64,000 nt of DNA from Ruditapes philippinarum. Taxonomy: Eukaryota. The DNA lies in the NCBI RefSeq assembly GCF_026571515.1, contig NW_026851682.1:186001-250000 (forward strand), written 5' to 3'. The notes beneath the pieces were generated by a model, which was not told the origin of the DNA, did no database searches, and saw only the letters and a list, made by a program, of their open reading frames with translations. The position numbers were made by a program, and so were the translations under genes. This document shows positions 39,610-50,759 of this stretch, in pieces (positions within the stretch are counted from its first letter, which is position 1; every line of letters starts with the position of its first letter).

Positions 39610-42600
39610 ATGGGTTTCTCAACTAAGGTAGAAGTGCTTCCCTCATTAGAACGATTTTAAATGAAACACACTTGAGATATTTGAAAATTTAATGGTTCAT
39701 TTTTGAAGATGAAAGGGATCTTCGTTTGTTATTGAGTCCAATATGTAGAATCTGTCAGTTAAACACTGATAATCATGTTAAATAGGTGCAGTAGTTTGGA
39801 AAAAACGAAATGAAAAATTAGACATCATGAATCTGCTTCTTTAAGTTATTTGATTTACAACATACATTGATATTTTTATCTGTAGTTTTAAGTCTTATTA
39901 AGTGGCGTCTGAATTTTATTATTTGTTTTTTTTTGAAAACTGCAATTTAATTAGTGTGACCTGCTTAATTTTTTACCCATTTTTTATTTTACAGAGTTGA
40001 ATTAGCAATATATAATTTCCTAAATATTGGCTATTTTAAAGCTGATTGACTAATAATTGATAATCAGAGACAGCTGATTGACTAATAATTGATAATCAGA
40101 AATGTTATTGATACAATATAAAAACTATCTAAATTACAAAAAGACCTAATTTGTAACTGATAAAATTCCGTTGGTCACATTGTTCTTTGGTTAAAACTAA
40201 GGAAGAGGCTAGCCGTACGGCTAGCCAAAAGTTCTAGTCGTACGTGAGTCACGTACGACTAGCCTGGACTCGCTGTTTTGTCTAGCCGTACGGCACTTTT
40301 AAAATTAACATGGAGCTAAATATAAGATGTTTATCAGGGTTCTCGGGGACGCTTATTTCGGCGTCCCGGTACGCATGTTTAATACAGCTGGACGCAAATA
40401 TTTCAGAGCAAGGATTCCACGTACGCTTAATTTTGCCTGGGGACGCATAAACATTACCGATTGTTCACAACCACAAATACACAAATGCGTCAGCGCGTGT
40501 CAGTCTATAGGTAGGCGGTCCTATGCATATCGACCCGTGAAGCGATTAGCCAATCAGCGATAACGCTTCCGATCATTATCACGCAATAGTGATCAGACTA
40601 ATGTATACACGCTCTGATTACCAGATATATAACACGAGGTGATAATTTTATACCTTTGATCAACAGTTGATTGGAAATTAGCAAATTTTACCTACAAAAG
40701 GATAATTTTATTGACTATTTACGCCGCAAGTTTAAAGACTGTTTTCTCAAATTACAAATGAGTGTAATTTTGAATGATTGTCGAATATTTTCGGCATTTT
40801 CTAGGCACAATTTTGCTTTAGTTTCATTCTTGCAAAACTTTTCTATAATTTAAGATATTGTGCCGAAATGCCAGGTACACATACGCTTTTATTCTATCCG
40901 AAAATTGATCCGGAACATCGGCGATTTCACGTTCGCCAGAAACCCTAAAATTTCGCAAAAATTCTCGGTTACCAAGCCAAACATGCGAATGAATTGTTCC
41001 TTTATTATTTAATCAACATTAAATCTTTAAATATCGATCTACAATTTGTCCCCATTTGAAGATATTTGCTAAAATAATTGTCAATCGGATGAATCTCTTA
41101 CACACTGCGTGAAGCTGTACACGATTTTCCTATTCATTCCGCTAAACGCTGCCTATATACATTTACGTTTTTTTTTACAAATACAAACTTTTTGTCTTTA
41201 GAGTAGACTTTTTTAACCAGAATAAAATTTGATTTGGTATAAAAGTGAAAAAAAAAACGATTTCCATGTGTTGATGCATTAATATGAAATAATTCCATAA
41301 TAAAAATTAACAACAAAACAATAATTATACTATGTAGTTCAGAGTTTCTTTTGAATAACTATAAACTTTGGAAGTCTCTTGAAGATTCAAAATATCAGCA
41401 ATGCTATTGTGAGCATTGAATGACTAATCTGTAAACATATTAATTGCGACGCGCTTTTGGACTCCAACTTTTTCAGGGTTGGGAGTCCATGGACTCCATG
41501 TTTTAAAGTCCTAATGAGAACCCTGGTTTATATATCTGTGAAATTATATGGAAGTCGAACATGCATATGTTATTTTTTGCCTCATGATTATGATTTGTTG
41601 TTTTATTTGTATGAAAGGTGAATTTTTGTTAATTAAGCACATGGATCGAATAAATAATGATCGGAGTGGAATAAATAAAAAGAACATTGAAGAAAAAAAT
41701 AAAACGGTGAAAAACAAAAATAATTGTATAATTTTCAAATACAGTAGATAAATATCGAACATAAAAGCACAATCAATTAATAAGCCTTAATTAAAGCCTA
41801 TATACCCAGGGACTGACAATAGAATTTTAAAATGCGTTTCACAGAACATGCAAACTCCTTAATGATAAACAAACTTCTACACCGTCTGTAATTGACGCAA
41901 TTATCAGATCCAAACGACAATAATTTTTCATTTTAAAGGTGTCGAACATTAAACTTATTTAAACAAAAACGGATTATCATCAAAATCAAAATTTTGTAAA
42001 CTATTTCAATTGATGTTATTTAACTGCGATCAAAGGCTATTTTTTGTCAACGTACGTCTTCAGGGACAAAGATCAATATTCATACTTTATTTACTGTAGC
42101 CAACAAGGCGATTAATTAATCTCTAAAAAGTAAACATTCGAAGACAATTGCTGTTTCTTGGTTAAAATCCTCGCTTAAAGATATAAAATAACATAAGTAT
42201 TTTAGACTTCCATCTAATTTTGAAAATGCCGTACGGCTAACCAATATAGTGTGTCCTTGCTAGCCGTATGTGACTCACGGTAGAACTTTTGGCTAGTCGT
42301 ACGGGCCTGTACGGCTAGCCACTACCTAAAACTAAATTAAATATTCTTATTTCATTCAAATTCTTATGGATTCGGTCTTGTGGCTAAGTACAAAACTTAG
42401 CCGAACGTGTAAGTGTAAAATATGTGTCAAATGCTGCTGTCCATGAAGCGGTAGGTGTTGTCAATTCATCACACAAGTTTGGTTTTATACTTAGCCACAT
42501 ACAGTCATAGGTATTCGTCGCGTTGATTGGTCACTACCCCCAGGCCCCAATAGCCTCCTCTACAGCCCTCCTAACTCTCAAAACCATGTAAACTGTAGTA

Positions 42601-45600
42601 TTTTTCATTTGAAACATGTTTAAATATTTGGCATATATGCTTTTTATCCAATTTTCTTTTTTTCCCACAAAAAATAAAAATTGATACATCTATATCCTGC
42701 ATATTAAGTAAAGGTATGCAACTCTCGGCTCATTTTTCAGCACACAAAGTCATCTTAATATGAACTCCGTAACTCCAACATTTTTTTACCAATTTTCAAA
42801 ATCTTTGTACCAAATGGTCGAGAATTGATAACTTTAAAAGGAAATAAAGCAGTTATTACAATCATTTCAAGTTATAAAAAGATATGTAATCTCCAATTCA
42901 CGCAAGTGTAGTAAGTTGACGGAGACTTGACCATGGTTTTTTGTCAAAATTACCTGACTAAACGGCAGTTTGTTCGAAATGAAGAATATTTTTTTGTATT
43001 GCACATTTAAAAATGATAGAATTTTATTATTATTTGTAATAACTGTTCAATCAAAATATATGAAACTATAACAAACCGTTTTTCTGATATGACAAATTGT
43101 CATGCAAGTAATGGTTCTGCAGAGTGCTCTCCCCTTTATTTTATTGTACAAAGTATTTTCATTGGTCTGTTTTCACACAACCAATGAAAATACTCCATAC
43201 AAATGCATCTGTTTATATTGAGAATTTGACAAATCTGAACAGTTACAAAACATTTTCTTTTTCAAAGTTTAATCCCCTCTTCCCCTGAAATGCATTGTGG
43301 TGATGTCTATTTCAGATGCATACATTTCTTTATATCTACAGCCCTGAAAATTGATGACATCGATCAATTGCTCTGTAAATATATATATCAAACTTGTAAT
43401 GAAGTTGTTTGCTTTCCTATGTTTATTAAGGTGACTGTCGGTTAATTTAATTGATGCAATAGATATGATTATAACTGGTATTGTTGTGACTTTATGTATC
43501 AACTAATAGCATGAATTTCAGTAAAAAACAGTAATTTTACTAGAGTGGAAAAGGATAACATGGGATATATAAAGACCACTTATGATGATAACTCACTGGC
43601 ATTGAATGTAAAATGAAACTACTTACATGCACTACCAGCTGATGTGGTTTTATATGTTGATTGAATTGAGTCACAAAAGTTTAAAATTTGATTTTGACAT
43701 TTTTACACCAAATTGATGATACTTGTAAGATATACTTCAATTTGGAATTGATAATGTAAAACTTAACATTTATTTAAACAAAAGCCCTAATTGCCTAAAG
43801 TGGACTAGATTTGGGAATTTTGTGTCATTTTGCAGAAAATAGGAATTTTTTCTGCCAATAGCAAAATTAATAGTCTACTTTGCTAGAAGCTTAAATAAAT
43901 TTAATATATTGTAATTGGTCTTTAGTGTAAAAAAAATGAGAGGGACTTAAAAAAAATAGGGGAAAACATTTGTTAATTGGGTAGGGCAATGTGCCAAAAT
44001 TAATTTAGGCTCCAAATTACCATGAAATTAGGGCTTTGTATACGTAATAAAAATATTAAAATTTCTTACATCACAACTTGTCTCTTTTCAGCCCATTCTC
44101 ATCGATGCCAGAGGGCATCTGATGGGAAGACTTGCAGCAATTGTGGCCAAGACTATACTGCAAGGTTTGTAAAATTCATTCATTGTTCTTGTACATAAAA
44201 TTTTGTCTTGATAAAATATTTTTTGAACACCATAATGTAATATTAACAAGTGTACTAATTTGTTTTACCGAAATACTTACGTGTAATAGCAATTTCGATT
44301 ATTTTATTTATTTTTGGTGATTAACTTATTGGAAACTAATTTGTATATTTAGGTCAGCGTGTTGTTATTGTACGATGTGAAGGTATCAACATTTCTGGAA
44401 ACTTCTACAGAAACAAATGTAAGTAATATCCAGTCAATAATTTCATTATTTTTATAGTCTTAAATTTCATTACTTTAGGAAAAAAAGTATGTCGATAAAT
44501 TTGAAAAAAAAAAGAAGAAACGATTTGATTCTATTTTGGGCAAAGTGGAATTTTTCTGACATTGGGACTTAGTAAATGCTTGCCTGTCTGAAGATTTTTG
44601 TCTTTGTACTTACACATTTATGTGGCAGATAAGCTTGAATTTATTTTGCTGTATAACTGTTGATATTCTTGAGTATTTGATACATGATTGTTTTATACCA
44701 CTTATGATGATAACTCACTGGAATTGATGCAGAAATGAAACTATTTACATGCACTACCAGCTGATGTGGTCTTCTTTTGTTTCCAAAATAAATGCAATTT
44801 GTATAGACACATTGCAAAATGCAACACTTGTTCTGTTTCAACTTCAATATTGTATATTATAATCTTACCACTTATGATGATAACTCACTGGAATTGATGC
44901 AGAAATGAAACTATTTACATGCACTACCAGCTGATGTGGTCTTCTTTTGTTTCCAAAATAAATGCAATTTGTATAGACACATTGCAAAATGCAACACTTG
45001 TTCTGTTTCAACTTCAATATTGTATATTACAACCTTACCACTTATGATGATTACTCACTGGAATTGATGCAGAAATGAAACTATTTACATGCACTACCAG
45101 CTGATGTGGTTTTCATTTCTTTCTTTACAAAATTAATGTAATTTGTATAGTCACATTACAAAATGCAACACTTGTTCTGTTTCAACTCCAATATTGTATA
45201 TTACAACCTTACCACTTATGATGATAACTCACTGGAATTGATGCAGAAATGAAACTATTTACATGCACTACCAGCTGATGTGGTCTTCTTTTGTTTCCAA
45301 AATAAATGTAATTTGTATAGACACATTGCAAAATGAAACACTTGTTCTGTTTCAACTTCAATATTGTATATTACAACCTTACCACTTATGATGATTACTC
45401 ACTGGAATTGATGCAGAAATGAAACTATTTACATGCACTACCAGCTGATGTGGTTTTCTTTGTTGTTCTTTTCTTTCCAAAATAAATGTAATTTATATAG
45501 TCACATTGCAAAATGCAACACTTTTTCTGTTTCAACTCCAATATTGTATATTACAACCTTACCACTTATGATGATAACTCACTGGAATTGATGCAGAAAT

Positions 45601-48600
45601 GAAACTATTTACATGCACTACCAGCTGATGTGGTTTTCTTTTTCTTTTATTGTTGCCAAAATGACAGTCAAATTTGCTTTGTTGAATTATGATACTTGAC
45701 ACTTGAACTGTTCGAATTTCAATAAAAATATATACTGTACTTATTCAAGTCAATATTGTATGTATAATATTTTGACCATGTATGATGATAAATCACTGGA
45801 ATTGATGCAGAAATGAAACTATTTACATGCACTACCAGCTGATGTGGTCATTTTTCATGTTACAAGAATTCCCCCAATATTAAACCTTTTGAAAGTTGTT
45901 GGATAAAAACTGCACAGGATGATAACTCACTGGTATTGAAAGCAAAATGAAATTAATCACATGCACTACCAGCTGATGTGGTTTTACTGTATAAAGTGTG
46001 CGGGAATATTCTTGTTTTGAAGTAATTGTCATTAATGTTGAAACACTTGTCATTAATGTTGTCATAATTGTTGAAATAATTGTCATAAATATTCAGATGA
46101 TTGATAAATATTCTTACATGTGTTTCAGTGAAGTACTTGAAGTATCTGAAATACAGATGTAATGTGAACCCGTCACGAGGACCCTTCCATTACCGTGCTC
46201 CTTCAAGAATCTTCTTCAAGGCCGTAAAGGGTAAGTTTACTCTCTAGTATATCATAGCACACAAATCTTTTGATAATGCTGGAATTGAAATGAATTGCTC
46301 CTTTTAATGTAGGATTATGCAAGCATTTTTCAAACGATTTTGCAATGCCTTGTTTAGTACCTCTAGATTTGATGTGAAAATATTTCATCTAAAGGTTAGT
46401 TTTAAATATATTGAAGGTCGATTGCAAGACAAGTTCTTGGGACTTGTATAATAATATATTTTACAGTCTGCTTCCTGGACCTAACCAGTATTGGTGTCAT
46501 CTGAGGAAACAGGGTCATGACCTATGTAGGGCACGAACCCATGATCCTTGGGTTGAGAGACAACCTAATCACTAGGCCACTGCACCTCCTCAATCAACTG
46601 TAGAAATGATACTGACTTGACACTTTGTTCTATCTGGTTATTAGTTTAGTACAAAAATTCTCAGTGCTTCTTTTTGTCATATCATGATCTTCTTTGTGTT
46701 TTATAGGAATGATCCCACACACCACAACTCGTGGTAAGGAAGCCCTTGGCCGTTTGAAGGTATTTGAGGGTGTCCCACCCCCATACGACAAACAGAAGAG
46801 GAAAGTAGTACCAGCAGCTCTCCGTATTCTCAGACTGAAACAAAACAGAAGGGTATGACTTGTTAAATCTGTTCAGTTATAGCTATTACAATGTATAGTA
46901 CTGTAAGTGTTTCAAACTTTGTACAAATGCTTAACTTTGATGACTTTATTAAATTTTTTGGCATAGTTTACTGCAGTAGGTGTAAAGTTTTTGAAAATAG
47001 CTCTTAATTAAAATTGTGGATCCATATTCTTTAGAATTTACGTAATATCTAGTACTTCCTGTGGATGCCCAATCTTTCATTGCTGAGTTTTGTAGAATCC
47101 TCCCTTTCATAATCGCTCTAAACCACAAAATGATAAATACTTGCTCCTCACCGCTGTGGGTTTGAATCCCGACAGGGACTTGGGATTCTTTCTTGTGAGG
47201 AAGGTATCAAGCTAGCTCGCAGAATGTTGGTGGCTCTACTCAGGTGCCCGTTTGTGCCTGAATTAATGCATGGAATTTCACCTGAGGTCTTCCTCCACAA
47301 GTAAAGCTGGAAAGTTGCCTATGACGTATTCTGTGTTTGTGCAACATAAACCCAAACTCTTACTTGAAATATAAAACTGAATCTTTGTGTCTCCTACAGT
47401 ACTGTGATTTGAACAGACTTGCCCATGAAGTTGGATGGAAATACCAAGGTGTTATTGGTACACTTGAGGCCAAGAGAAAAGTCAAGTCAAAGAAATTCTA
47501 CGAAAATAAAAAAGTTGCTGATGTAAGTATGGTAGTAAGGCTGGACAGGTTATACACTATGTAGACCATTTGTGATGATCATTTCCCGAACTTGATCTTA
47601 ACTGAAAAATAAAAATATTGATCTGAAGTGGTTTACATTTTACTTTGAAGTTATTTTACCTAGGAGAAAAAATCTAGTTCTATTCAATGTAGCTGTAAAA
47701 GTGAGCTTAGCTAGACAGTGTATTGATATATATATATAACATGCATGGATGGAGAGTTATCTTGGTTACCCAGGTGTCTGTTTAAACTCTTTGTACTACA
47801 TCAGTCAGGAGATATTCAAGCTTTAGTCTAGATTGCTATTATACAGGCAACTTGTGTAAATCATGCAAGTTTGCTATTTTTTACATGAAAGGGGATGTAC
47901 AGTATACATGATTACTTAATCGGTCTGTAAAGTATATACCTACAAGTTAATGGTGCTACCAAAAAAAACCCAAACTGTTTTTGTCAAACTTTCCAAATAT
48001 TTCAATAATTTGAATTTTCTATAATTTGAGTTCAAAATCCTGTAGGTCTTAAAATTGGTTTAGTCTGTCACTGCTAATGATGTTTATGTAATATTTGCTA
48101 CTCTTGATGTGAAATGATGTCAACATTACGCTGAAGCAGTAACAAACCATTTATATATTTCAAATTAGGTTATGTTAGGTTCCTTGTTGAAGAGGGAGGA
48201 GCTTCGGATTAGAAAAGCATCGACAAAGTGTATTTTGTCAGCGATAAAAGTTTGGTTGAAGGAAATAATCAATAAAATACATTTTCAGTTTCTATTTTTG
48301 CCAATGTTAATTATCACAATTAGGGATATCATGTTATCGGGTCAAAAATAAAGAGCCTAGTTAAACTGCACTTGTAGGAAAGGTTTGTCACTCCATTGCC
48401 ACAATTTAAATTTTAAAGAGGATGAATTTCGTTAAATTGTGGTAAAAACATGTCAAAATTGATCATCCTTTAAAAGCTTGGTTGTCTTTTGAGAATGTTT
48501 ATTTTTGGTTTATCCAAAATTTGATCAATTGGGGTGGGCTCTAGAAACAAATTGTATTATGTTAAGAAACCGTCTACATAAACCATTGGTGATGTTAATT

Positions 48601-50759
48601 TCCCGAACTTGAAACTTCGTGAAAACTCAATATTAGCTGAAATGGTTTATACTTTCATCTTTTTTGTCAGACATTAGTAAGAAGTGACAATGAATCTATG
48701 TCAAAAGAATACATTTTTTTTTACTGTCAAATGTCCGTTATTTTCGTTTGACTTTACGGAGTGGGGCTATCCTTCTCACCTGAGTGTCAGGGTAACAAAA
48801 GTTGAAGTTTTACATGCAAATTACTGTACTTCATCATATCTCATCAAGATCTTTGCCTGTAACTTCACATGCTTATAAGAAATCATGCTAGGTCAAGATC
48901 CAAGGTCCATAACTCGAGCATGACTTGACTGATTAATGGCCTTATGGCATTTTATGAAATTAGAAAAATTCCTGATTTAAACCTTGCATGCTACATCTGT
49001 CAGAAACAAATTGTATTATGTTAAGAAACAGTCTACATAAACCATTGGTGATGTTAATTTCCCGAACTTGAAACTTCGTGAAAACTCAATATTAGCTGAA
49101 ATGGTTTATACAGGGTTCGTACAGACCTGGAAAAGTCATGGAAAATCGTTTTTTTTTTGTGAAGAAATCATGGAAAACTCAGGGAATTCTGAAATTTGGT
49201 AATTTATCAGGGAATTTCACAAAATAATCATGGAATTTCTAATAAATATCCTTGAATTATTTAATTTGCAGAGTATTATTCGCTTAAAATAAAAATGTAC
49301 TATTTAACTATATGCGTCTACGTTATACGACAATGGCGTTTGAAATTGGGATTTAGTTGTGTTACACCTAGTTATATTTTTCTCACGGGTACAAATTGTT
49401 ACGACACCGGTTTGGTTACTTCCGTTTTCACGACCTTGCATTTTTAAATGCATTCTACTAAATAAATGAATGAAATCATTTTTATGTTTTTTCTTTACCA
49501 TTTTGAGGACTGGTGTTGTTAAACAGATGAAATTTGATATCATGGAAAACTGAAATTTGTCATGGAAAAATCATGGAATTTTAGGTCAGCAAGTCTGTAC
49601 GAACCCTGTTTATACTTTCATCTTTTTTGTCAGACATTAGTAAGAAGTGACAATGAATCTATGTCAAAAGAATACATTTTTTTTTACTGTCAAATGTCCG
49701 TTATTTTCGTTTGACTTTACGGAGTGGGGCTATCCTTCTCACCTGAGTGTCAGGGTAACAAAAGTTGAAGTTTTACATGCAAATTACTGTACTTCATCAT
49801 ATCTCATCAAGATCTTTGCCTGTAACTTCACATGCTTATAAGAAATCATGCTAGGTCAAGATCCAAGGTCCATAACTCGAGCATGACTTGACTGATTAAT
49901 GGCCTTATGGCATTTTGTGAAATTAGAAAAATTCCTGATTTAAACCTTGCATGCTACATCAGTCTTCAAAATTATTGAAGGTTTTTACATTAAACTTATA
50001 ATTGCTCTTGGGGGTCATATTAATAGGTCATAATCCATCACCCACTCATAACATGGATTTTGACAGTTTTTGAAGTTAGAAATTCTTGGTTCACTTGAGT
50101 ACGCCCTCATACTTATAGCTTTTTATCAGCTTATGTTTGTTTATTTTGAAAGGCAATTTTTATATGAAAACTGACATTTTCTCCTAACCAGGGCTATATA
50201 AAAATATTACCATGTATTTTATGAAATTGCTAGGATCATAGTATCTATGCCTTTTTCAATTGACCAAAATTTTAAGTAATTACAAGTCACTGCTAATGAT
50301 GTCATAACATAATATTTGCTACTCTTGATGTAGAATGATGTCAACAAACTCTGAAGCAATGACTTGTAAATAAGAAATCCTCTATAAAATATGAAATTAA
50401 ATGTTTTATATATTATGTATAACCTTTATGTATATGAACTTCAAGCATGGAAAGATATGACTGTGGAATTGAGATAATCCTGCTATATGTATATTCTATA
50501 CTAATAATATCTTGGTAGGACTTTTAGCCTGGCCTTGTTCTTAATTGGTTACTTAGACAATGTCATTATAGTTGCGAATGCTTGAGTGATGAGTATCTGA
50601 CACGAGTATAACAACTGTTCATGCAAAATACTAAAGATATCACACATGTAAAAATGTATATTATTGTATTTTCAGAACTTGAGAGCCAAGGCACGTCTTA
50701 ATGTTGCATCCAAGATTGCACAGTACCAGAAAGTGATCGAGGGTTACGGCTATAGATAA
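39610..50759 (+). CDS. RPL13A: 60S ribosomal protein L13a (uL13), 203 aa, 7 exons
   Basis: Exons 39610-39627, 44092-44164, 44353-44418, 46129-46230, 46707-46852, 47400-47522 and 50676-50759 total 612 nt, all GT-AG. Translation includes [57 protein letters not shown] and [16 protein letters not shown] at 50789. Confidence 0.98.
40201..42326. mobile_element. Non-autonomous Mutator-like element in RPL13A intron 1
   Basis: Imperfect TIRs of about 130 bp (ggaagaggctagccgtacgg / gtacggctagccactacc) and an exact 9-bp TSD taaaactaa at 40192-40200 and 42327-42335. Confidence 0.8.
40335..41525. mobile_element. Nested CAGGG-terminal TIR element with 6-bp TSD
   Basis: cagggttctc...gagaaccctg flanked by gtttat on both sides. 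Confidence 0.75.
43575..43648 (+). ncRNA. SNORD33: Box C/D snoRNA SNORD33 (U33)-like, RPL13A intron 1
   Basis: Terminal stem accac/gtggt, C box ATGATGA, D box CTGA preceded by CATGCACTACCA, which is antisense to 18S UGGUGGUGCAUG. The D+5 rule gives the equivalent of human Um1326. Confidence 0.88.
44697..44770 (+). ncRNA. SNORD33: SNORD33-like snoRNA, intron 3 array copy 1
   Basis: Intact C and D boxes, terminal stem and 18S guide. Confidence 0.88.
44867..44940 (+). ncRNA. SNORD33: SNORD33-like snoRNA, array copy 2
   Basis: Identical to copy 1, 170 bp downstream. Confidence 0.88.
45037..45110 (+). ncRNA. SNORD33: SNORD33-like snoRNA, array copy 3
   Basis: Intact boxes and guide; one substitution after the C box. 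Confidence 0.88.
45211..45284 (+). ncRNA. SNORD33: SNORD33-like snoRNA, array copy 4
   Basis: Intact boxes and guide. Confidence 0.88.
45381..45454 (+). ncRNA. SNORD33: SNORD33-like snoRNA, array copy 5
   Basis: Intact boxes and guide. Confidence 0.88.
45561..45634 (+). ncRNA. SNORD33: SNORD33-like snoRNA, array copy 6
   Basis: Intact boxes and guide. Confidence 0.88.
45773..45850 (+). ncRNA. SNORD33: SNORD33-like snoRNA, array copy 7
   Basis: Diverged flanks but intact boxes and guide, with its own stem tgaccat/gtggtca. Confidence 0.87.
45905..45986 (+). ncRNA. SNORD33: SNORD33-like snoRNA, array copy 8 (diverged)
   Basis: C box variant AGGATGA; guide CATGCACTACCA and CTGA are intact. 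Confidence 0.75.
46467..46582 (-). mobile_element. tRNA-derived SINE fragment
   Basis: Reverse strand shows an A box (tggcctagtga) and a B box (gggttcgtgccc); no tRNA cloverleaf. Confidence 0.6.
47139..47357 (+). mobile_element. 5'-degenerate tRNA-derived SINE (MetaSINE-like)
   Basis: B box gggtttgaatccc followed by gtgaggaagg..agctag..caggtgccc..tcttcctccac..aaagctggaaag, resembling recalled bivalve SINE bodies. Confidence 0.6.
47565..47632 (+). ncRNA. SNORD50: Box C/D snoRNA SNORD50-like, intron 6 copy 1
   Basis: Stem accatt/agtggt, C box GTGATGA, guide TTTCCCGAAC then D' TTGA, D box CTGA. Parallels recalled human U50 (GTGATGATCTTATCCCGAACCTGA); antisense to 28S CUUCGGGA(A/U)A. Confidence 0.78.
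48070..48140 (+). ncRNA. SNORD76: Box C/D snoRNA SNORD76-like, intron 6 copy 1
   Basis: Stem actgct/agcagt, C box ATGATGT, guide AATATTTGCTACT-C then D' TTGA, C' ATGATG, D box CTGA. Antisense to 28S AGUAGCAAAUAUU, in the register of U76 rather than U24. Confidence 0.8.
48582..48646 (+). ncRNA. SNORD50: SNORD50-like snoRNA copy 2
   Basis: Stem ataaaccatt/aatggtttat, C box GTGATGT, TTTCCCGAAC-TTGA, D box CTGA. Confidence 0.75.
49041..49105 (+). ncRNA. SNORD50: SNORD50-like snoRNA copy 3
   Basis: Identical to copy 2, within the tandem duplication. Confidence 0.75.
49111..49608. mobile_element. 498-bp MITE with CAGGG termini and 6-bp TSD
   Basis: cagggttcgtacagac...gtctgtacgaaccctg with TSD tttata; the empty site is visible at about 48646-48651. 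Confidence 0.92.
50281..50368 (+). ncRNA. SNORD76: SNORD76-like snoRNA copy 2
   Basis: 14-bp terminal stem with one mismatch (tacaagtcactgct/agcaatgacttgta); same boxes and guide AATATTTGCTACTCTTGA as copy 1, diverged elsewhere. Confidence 0.8.

Larger units (their letters stand above)
48543..49964. repeat. 459-bp tandem duplication (48543-49001 and 49002-49964; second copy interrupted by a MITE)
   Basis: Near-identical copies; 963 = 459 + 498 (insert) + 6 (TSD). Confidence 0.92.

Noticed and set aside
46355-46468. Possible H/ACA snoRNA in RPL13A intron 4 (hairpin with ACA 14 nt from a pocket); similar hints near 47740-47872, 48170-48283 and 50431-50586
   Set aside because: No convincing H box plus target could be established by eye; needs snoGPS or cmsearch.
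46467-46582. tRNA gene
   Set aside because: Only degenerate A and B boxes followed by SINE-like sequence; no cloverleaf.
50587-50601. GTGATGA..CTGA near the 3' end of intron 6
   Set aside because: The boxes are only 4 nt apart and there is no downstream D box or terminal stem.
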